A stretch of DNA of 35,755 nt from Chrysochromulina tobinii (lineage: Eukaryota), in contig JWZX01002786.1 of assembly GCA_001275005.1 (NCBI GenBank), forward strand, positions 1 through 35,755, read 5' to 3'. The position numbers and the translations under genes are program-made. Below the pieces are notes generated by a model, which saw only the letters and a list, made by a program, of their open reading frames with translations, ran no database searches and was not told the DNA's origin. This document shows, piece by piece, positions 29,953 through 35,755 of this stretch; the first letter of the stretch is position 1; every line of letters starts with the position of its first letter.

Positions 29953-32900
29953 TTACATGTAACCCTGGAGGTTGACCTCGCCGTGGTGGTGACTTTCAGC
30001 CGTGCTGCTGGACATGTCCGAAGGGGACTTGATAGTCGTGCTGCTTGACATGTCCATGGGGGGCTTGATAGCGGCCACGTGGCCTCCCACGGGTTGGAAG
30101 ATGGGCTTGCCGGCGCGCTCGCGCTGGATGAGAGCTGAGCAGCTTAGGCACATGACGCACGCGGCTACCAGCGCCACGACGATGGCGATGATAGAGCCGA
30201 CCGAGACCTCCTGGACGTCGCCGCGCGAGAGATTCTGCGCGACCACCTGTGGAGCAGCCGTGATCACCGTGACGGTCACCGGCACGCCCGCGGTCGCGAG
30301 CATCGCCTGAAGCGATTCTGCGCTCTGGAAGGTACCACCGGGGGCCGTGAGGGCAACGGCGGCGGCCGCGGCCGCGACCGGAGTTGGATACACGATCTCG
30401 ACATTGATGTTCACTGACGCGGCGCTGACCGAGATGATGACGCTGTCCGAGGGGACACCCGCCTCCACCGCGAAGGCGGCGCGCATAGCGGCCTGGCGGG
30501 CCGCGGTGTAGGACGAGACGTCGCCCGAGGCCACGAATGAAGTCGTCACAGTCCGCGCAGGATCGGCTGGGATCACAACGGTGCGCATCACGTATGCCGA
30601 CCCCGCGAGGGCAGGCGAGTAGAAGTCGGTGCCCCAGTTAGCCACCTGCACGACGTAGGTCAAGGTCGGAACCGCCGCCGTCCCCGCAAGGCACTCAACC
30701 TCTGTCGGCGAGCGGTACGCGGCATTAACGAACGTAGCAACGGAGGTCACCGAGTTGATGAGCTTGCACTGGAGCTCAGTGCTGGGGACAAAGTTGGTGC
30801 CCGTGACCACGATGCTGCCGGGGTTGGGGACGGTGGCGCTGGTCACCATGGCCAGAGGGGTGCACACGCCAAACTCTTCCGTGCCCCGGCGGAAGACCCA
30901 CGCCGGCCAGTCGCCACGCTGCTGGTCACACAGGAAATGGTTCTCATTGATCTGGATCTGTGTGATGCCGTGCGCGTCTGTCATCAGCTCGTACAGGTAG
31001 GAGGGCAGCGGGCCACTGAGGTCGTTGTGGTCCAGGTAGAGCCGCGAGCTTGTTGATGCGTCCAGGTTGGCCGTCCACCCCTCCAGCTGCGTCTGGAACT
31101 GCCCCGAGAAGCGGTTGTGGTCGAGGTACAGGTGCCGGAAGCCCGAGGAGGTGTTCGGGATCGTGGGGATCGGGCCGCTGAAGTCATTGAACGAGAGTCC
31201 GAGCTCATAAAGGGCAGCCATGCCACCGACCACGTCGCTGGGCACAGTGCCAGACAATTTGTTGCGCTCGAGCGACACCCGCATCAGCTTGTCGTTGCAC
31301 TTCATCGCCTGCGGCAGGTTGCCGACGATTCCGGCATGGCGCAGGGTGAGCGAGGTCAACTCGGTGGCCTCCTGGATGGCGTCGGGGATGGTGGTGTCGA
31401 GGTCGAGGTAGCTCAGATCGAGGGTCTGCAGGTAGGGCGCATCCGTGAACAGGCAGTCGGGCAGCGTGCCAGTGAACTGGTTGCGCTCGAGTGAGATCAT
31501 CGTCAGTGCAGGATTGGAGTGCATGGGGCACGGGACGGGTCCGGTGAAACAGTTCTTGCTGAGGAAGACGCGCTGGAGTTCGGACGAGGCAAAGATGGAG
31601 GGCGGGAGGGTGCCGGAGATTGTGTTTTCGCGCAGGTAGAGGTTCTTGAGCTTATCGAACGCAACGAACGAAGCTGGGAGCGTGCCCGTCAAGCCTAGAC
31701 TGTCGAGGTCGATCTCGATGACGTCACCATCTTCATTGCACAAGACGTAGTCGATCCGCTCGCAGTTGCCGTTACCAGCGAGGCCGGGCGGCGTGGCGAG
31801 AACCATCGAGCGATCCGCGGGGTTCGAGTCCAGGCGGGTCGTGAAGAGCCAATCGCAATAAGGGATCACATCCGTATCCTCTTCGCGGCCGGTGGTGTTG
31901 TAGCTGGCGAGGTAGAGGAAACCAGGGGTCGGCTTGCGGCGCGAATACGCGCCGGCTTGGTATCGAGCTCGCGTCCAGTGGCGGTTGATGCTGCTCGCGC
32001 CCAAAATGAGGAGGTTCCAAATGGGCAGCTGGTCCTGTGTGGGCTTGCACATGGTGTTGTAGATGTCGCGGAGGGCGTTAAGCTGCGCGGGCTTGATGTA
32101 CGTGAGGGTCGGGGGGATCGTCGAGACGGTGATGCGGCCAGTGAGCCGAGACTCCGGGTATTGGAACGCGGCCGCGATGGCATGGATGGTGAGGTACACG
32201 TAGCCCGAGTTGGCGAGGCCGAAGTTGCCTGCCGTGCAGTCGATATGATCATCGGGGTCAGGTGATGTGGCCTCGCCGCACCAGTCCTGAGGGGGGTAGA
32301 GGGGGGACAGAGCAGGCGGTCGGTTCAATGGGGCATACGAGCGCGCGTTCGCACGTGTTCGGTGTTTGAGCGCGAGGAGCGAGCGGTGCAGCTATTGTTC
32401 GTGCAGCTATTGTTGTGCAGCACGCGCGGCGATGGCCTCTCTGGCGGCGCGTACCCACGTGGGCGATCGGTGGTAAAAGTCTTGGAACGTCGTCGGGACG
32501 GGTTGGAACGTGAACTCGGAGCTCAGGGAGCTAAGCCAGTTGTAGATGCTGTAGCTGCTGCCCACTCCGGGGATCAAGTATGGGATCTGGTACCAATGGG
32601 GAAACATGACGAAGGTTTGCGACGTCTCCCAGGCATACTTCAGCTTCCACCGGGGCTGGACGAAGACCTTGGTGTACAGGCTCTCGCTGCTGCCAAGATT
32701 GATGGCCACCGGGCAACCGGACGTCCACTCGAAGACGCCGCCAGAATCGATGAAAGTGCCGGTAGTCGCATTTTGCTGACCGGGCAGCAGACTCGGAATG
32801 CTCGGAATGCCCGAAAAGCCCATCCGGCATTGTCGAGTTGAGGAGTGGCAGGGCAGGATAGGCGGAGCAATAGGCCGGAATGAAGACTGGAGCCGGAGGA

Positions 32901-33175
32901 GGGGGGGACGGGCACGAAGCCTGAAGGCGGCGGCCCGTGCGCGACGCCGCCTTGACATCAACGGGGTGCGACTCGGCCACAGACACGATCCCTGTCTTCT
33001 GCTCAGGAACCACTGGCTCCGGGAACACGATGTGGTCCTCCCTCCACGCACTCTTTTGGTTCTCCTCGGTCTTGGCACGGATCGGTGGCTCAAAAGTGGC
33101 CGGAACCATGACAAGCTTGTCGCCGGCGACGAATACGGCATTCGCGAGGCAGATGAACAACTCCTTCGCGTGCAT
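29953..33175 (-). CDS. Receptor-like type I membrane protein: signal peptide, plant-type LRRs, IPT/TIG-like domain, TM helix, short tail; intron 32287-32454; apparent 1-nt frameshift near 32820
   Basis: LxLxxNxLSGxLP repeats, VVTGTNF...TEVEC (IPT-like), TM IIAIVVALVAACVMCLSCSALI. N-terminal MHAKELFICLANAVFVAG...GRRLQ is in a different frame from the downstream GFSGIPSIP segment. Confidence 0.78.
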
Positions 33176-33448
33176 CGAGAACCCAATTGGATGGTCGCCT
33201 GTCTACCTTGCAGAAAAGTGGATGCATGCGAGAATTTATTCATTGGACCGTTGAGGTGTTTTTTATCCCAAAAAGCGTCGTGACAGGCGCTGAAGTGGCA
33301 ATTCCGAGGGAGGCGCACGCACACCCACCTTTACATTACGTTTTGCGAAAAGGTCAGTTGAATCGTCACGCTCAAATTCCGAGTGGGCAGCTGACTTGAC
33401 TTGACTTCGTAGCACCTCTTGCCACGTGTGTCACGTTAGCGTTACGGA

Positions 33449-33486
33449 CGTCTGTCGTGTTAACGTTCACACGCGGTTAACGTTCA
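33449..33486 (+). promoter_or_regulatory. Duplicated GTTAACGTTCA motif upstream of the FYVE-lipase ATG
   Basis: Same motif and same gene-relative orientation as 7002-7047. Confidence 0.5.
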
Positions 33487-33536
33487 TTCACGCGAACGAA
33501 AGCGCGCACTATTGGGTGCTTGAGGTGCCGCGGCTG

Positions 33537-35755
33537 ATGATCCCGCCGACCAGCCCGAGCCGATCAGGATCCGGAGACACTCCCACCGACGACACAGCCG
33601 GCGCACCCTCACCCACCGCCTCGCACGAGCTCGTGGCGGCCGCGCCGGGCGGCGATGCCGTTGCGGCGACGACGGTCTTGGCGACGACGACGGTGGCCGA
33701 AGCCCTCGGTCGCCTGATGGTCGATGGGGTGGCGCGTGGTGTTGAGCACGTGCGGAGCTCGCTCCTGCTCTCCGTGGGCGAGATCGCAATCTCAGCGGCG
33801 TTGCGAACCCTCGACGCGGCGCTCGCCTTCCGAGCGATGGCGAGCCACGGCGGCAGGCAGGAGCTGCTCCTCGAGCAGTTCGAGTCGCAACGGAGGCGTC
33901 CGCGAGGCGCACCGCCGCCGCCCGCGCGCGCGCCCCGTTGCAGCGCGTGCGAGGCGGAGGGATGCACGCACGCCCAAGCGTCCTTTGGACTGACGCGCCA
34001 CCGGCACCACTGCGCCCACTGCGGAGGCTCCTTCTGCGCGCCGCACGTGCGCTGGCGACGCTCGGTGGCACACAAGTTTGTGACGACCGCCGCGGCGGAC
34101 AAGGGCGCGGCGAGCGGCGGCGGCGGCGGAGGAGGAGGCGGCGGTGGCTACGAGGGCGGCGGTGCCGAGGTGCGCGTGTGCTGGCAGTGCGTGTGCCTAC
34201 TTGAGCGCGAGCTCTACGAGAACACGATCGCCGAGCGCCTGTGCCGCTGCTCCGACTTCATCGGCGGCCACTTGCCCCCGTACGTCGCGCGAGTGGAAGA
34301 TTCGAACGCAGACAAGGTGATGCGCCTCGGGGCGATCGGGTTGCACGTGGCCAAGTCATTGCCCCTCTCCACGCGAGCGTCGGCGGCCGTATACACTCTC
34401 GACACGCTGCGCAAGTATGGGCGGATAGGCTTGCTCGGGATCATGCTCAAGGACGATTTGCTCGGGATGATCTCGACCCTTCGAGCGATGGAGGGCGGCG
34501 CCACCAAAGATAAATCGACCGCCTCGCTCGCGGCCGCACTCTATTACCTCATGGCCCGCAGGCGGGAGGCGCGCGGCAATGAGCCCGAGGCCGAGGCACA
34601 CGCCTTTCGCGGTAGCCGGCCCCCCTCGCCCCCCGAGCTGCACGCACTCATGGTGTACGCACCGATCGCGCTCTATGCCGTCTACTGCGAGACGCTGGTT
34701 GAGATGCAACGGCTGGGCGCGACGCACGGCTACCAGTTCTTATTTGGGGTGCCCTCCTCCTCCGCCGTCGCCACCGCCTTTGGGGAGCGCCGCCGCCCTG
34801 CCTTTGCCCTCTATGCCCGCAAGGGCGGCGCCGGCGCCAAGCGCGGCGGTGGCGAGTGGCGAGGCGAGGCCAGCAGCGGTGCCGACGCGGGCGGCGCGTC
34901 GCCCTGTGGGGAAGCGGTCTTGGCGATCCGTGGCACCAACGACCTGTCGGACGTGCTCATCGACGCGAATGCGGCCGGTGTGCCCTTCTCCGCGTACGAT
35001 GCCGACCCTTCCCGCGCGTCCGCCACCTCGTCAGCGCGCTCCGGCCGCCGCCGCGACGGCGACGAGGGCGGCGAGGCGAGCGCGGCGGGAGGGGATGATG
35101 CGGGGGAAGGGGATGATGCGCGCCCGCTGCACGGATGGGCCCACGAAGGGATGCTTGAGGCCGCCCGCTGGCTGCTCCCCGATGTCCTCACGCCGCTGAT
35201 GCACCTGCATGCATCGGGCTATGCCATCGTGCTATGCGGCCACTCCCTCGGCGCAGGCATCGCTGCCATCCTCACCGTGCTCCTCCGCCCGCTGATACCG
35301 ACCGTTCGCTGCGTCGGCTTCGCGACCCCGCCCGTGCTCGCGGGGGATGGATTGCTGCGGGCGGCGGGCGGCTTCATTGAGAGCGTGAGCCATCGGCACG
35401 ACGTGGTGCCGCGACTCACGGTCCAATCGGTCCAAGTGCTCATGCGCCAGCTCGCTGCGTTCGACGCGTGGGAGCATGACATCCGACAGGACTGCCGCGG
35501 ACTTCTGCAGCGCGCCAAGAACCTGTGGACACCGCCCATGCGCCCCGTGCATGCGATTGCTGCGATGCCGCCGCTCAGTGCGCCGCCGCTGCTCGCGCTG
35601 CCAGCGCCAGCTCAGCCGCCGGCGGAGGCGGAGGCGAAGGCGACGAAGGTGGCGGAGGCGGAGGCGAAGGCGGTGGAGGAGGAGGCGGTGGCGGCGGAGG
35701 CGGAGGCGGCGGCGGCGGAGGCGGCGGCGGGGAAGGGGGCGGCTGCGGCGGAGGC
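33537..35755 (+). CDS. FYVE-like zinc finger + class 3 lipase (DAG-lipase-like); runs off the window's right end
   Basis: Manually translated frame from ATG 33537: CSAC...FGLTRHRHHCAHCGGSFC..H...VRVCWQC, then LAIRGTNDLSDVLID, AHEGML, LCGHSLGAG (35238), FATPP, HDVVPRL. Confidence 0.85.
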   Translation, partial: MIPPTSPSRSGSGDTPTDDTAGAPSPTASHELVAAAPGGDAVAATTVLATTTVAEALGRLMVDGVARGVEHVRSSLLLSVGEIAISAALRTLDAALAFRAMASHGGRQELLLEQFESQRRRPRGAPPPPARAPRCSACEAEGCTHAQASFGLTRHRHHCAHCGGSFCAPHVRWRRSVAHKFVTTAAADKGAASGGGGGGGGGGGYEGGGAEVRVCWQCVCLLERELYENTIAERLCRCSDFIGGHLPPYVARVEDSNADKVMRLGAIGLHVAKSLPLSTRASAAVYTLDTLRKYGRIGLLGIMLKDDLLGMISTLRAMEGGATKDKSTASLAAALYYLMARRREARGNEPEAEAHAFRGSRPPSPPELHALMVYAPIALYAVYCETLVEMQRLGATHGYQFLFGVPSSSAVATAFGERRRPAFALYARKGGAGAKRGGGEWRGEASSGADAGGASPCGEAVLAIRGTNDLSDVLIDANAAGVPFSAYDADPSRASATSSARSGRRRDGDEGGEASAAGGDDAGEGDDARPLHGWAHEGMLEAARWLLPDVLTPLMHLHASGYAIVLCGHSLGAGIAAILTVLLRPLIPTVRCVGFATPPVLAGDGLLRAAGGFIESVSHRHDVVPRLTVQSVQVLMRQLAAFDAWEHDIRQDCRGLLQRAKNLWTPPMRPVHAIAAMPPLSAPPLLALPAPAQPPAEAEAKATKVAEAEAKAVEEEAVAAEAEAAAAEAAAGKGAAAAE

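Noticed and set aside
29489..29962. 157-aa plus-strand ORF between convergent genes
   Set aside because: Atypical composition, runs through 3'-UTR tandem repeats, no recognisable domain.
1..35755. tRNA, rRNA, transposase or prokaryotic operon/defence system
   Set aside because: None recognised by eye. The window is intron-containing eukaryotic DNA. tRNAscan and Rfam were not run, so small RNAs could be missed.

Overview
GC-rich, gene-dense eukaryotic DNA with short spliceosomal introns, not a prokaryotic window. IFT140, bipartite plastid-targeting-like presequences, TTAGGG repeats and the intron style suggest a flagellated haptophyte alga (Chrysochromulina-like). That assignment is inference. 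I can support about 15 protein-coding genes: a partial CUB/Pro-rich protein, a PH + SNAP-25-like SNARE, a DEDDy exonuclease-YbaK-Mut7-C fusion, an ADP-ribosyltransferase (ART) fused to ARM repeats, a class I sirtuin, an unknown protein, IFT140, three likely plastid proteins (one DUF1517/FLAP1-like), a SPRY protein, an Aha1-N protein, an ankyrin protein, an LRR membrane protein and a partial FYVE-lipase. Two signals stand out. (1) The ART is fused to ten near-identical 123-bp ARM repeats that vary mainly at a few helix-3 codons, as expected of a diversifying sensor-effector receptor. (2) Many introns are built from duplicated exon-junction sequence plus a shared branch-point-like filler (TGCATGCTGATTGCC), suggesting an active intron-generating process. 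All calls come from manual translation and motif recognition; no database searches were run.
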